A stretch of DNA of 64,000 nucleotides from an uncultured virus (IMG/VR IMGVR_UViG_3300046681_000127) (taxonomy: Duplodnaviria > Heunggongvirae > Uroviricota > Caudoviricetes): IMG/VR virus record IMGVR_UViG_3300046681_000127. One strand, written 5' to 3'. Shown one piece after another: positions 63,989 to 64,000 of the stretch. Each line of letters begins with the position of its first letter. The first letter of the stretch is position 1. A program made the translations under genes and the position numbers. The notes under the pieces are model-generated. The model was given only the letters and a program-made list of their open reading frames with translations, was not told the DNA's origin and did no database searches.

Positions 63989-64000
63989 ACCTGCACCGCC

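Noticed and set aside
1..64000. CRISPR or other guide arrays, tRNA genes, reverse transcriptase/DGR
   Set aside because: No regularly spaced repeat-spacer units, tRNA cloverleafs or RT motifs seen by eye

Overview
High-GC temperate siphovirus, almost certainly from Streptomyces, seen in its non-integrated (attP) configuration and read from just upstream of the small terminase. Layout: packaging and head (0.1-9.6 kb), tail (9.7-20.2 kb), lysis (20.2-23.5 kb), accessory genes with DNA-damage-type promoters (23.5-31 kb), attP and tyrosine integrase (31-32.7 kb), immunity and antirepressor (33-35.5 kb), early genes with YqaJ/RecT, two WhiBs and Rep/DnaC-like/DnaB (35.5-50 kb), DNA modification (50.5-54.2 kb), and a right arm ending in a GT2 synthase. 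The strongest unusual signals are these. (1) A 62-aa Prp-like cysteine protease lies between scaffold and capsid genes whose products share the N-terminal motif WFRLDRH. (2) A bare LAxTG sorting-signal peptide is coupled to a hyaluronan-synthase-like GT2. (3) A TGT/DpdA-like gene has no deazaguanine biosynthesis genes in the window. (4) There is a lone FxSxx-COOH-like precursor peptide. (5) A ~270-nt structured RNA follows a RecA-NDp-like promoter. (6) An HNH gene has taken over the 5' end of the methyltransferase and supplies a recoded replacement. (7) attP carries the 3' end of a host 3-hydroxyacyl-CoA dehydrogenase gene. (8) The MuF-like gene has a frame break. All family calls come from motif recognition by eye; no database searches were run.
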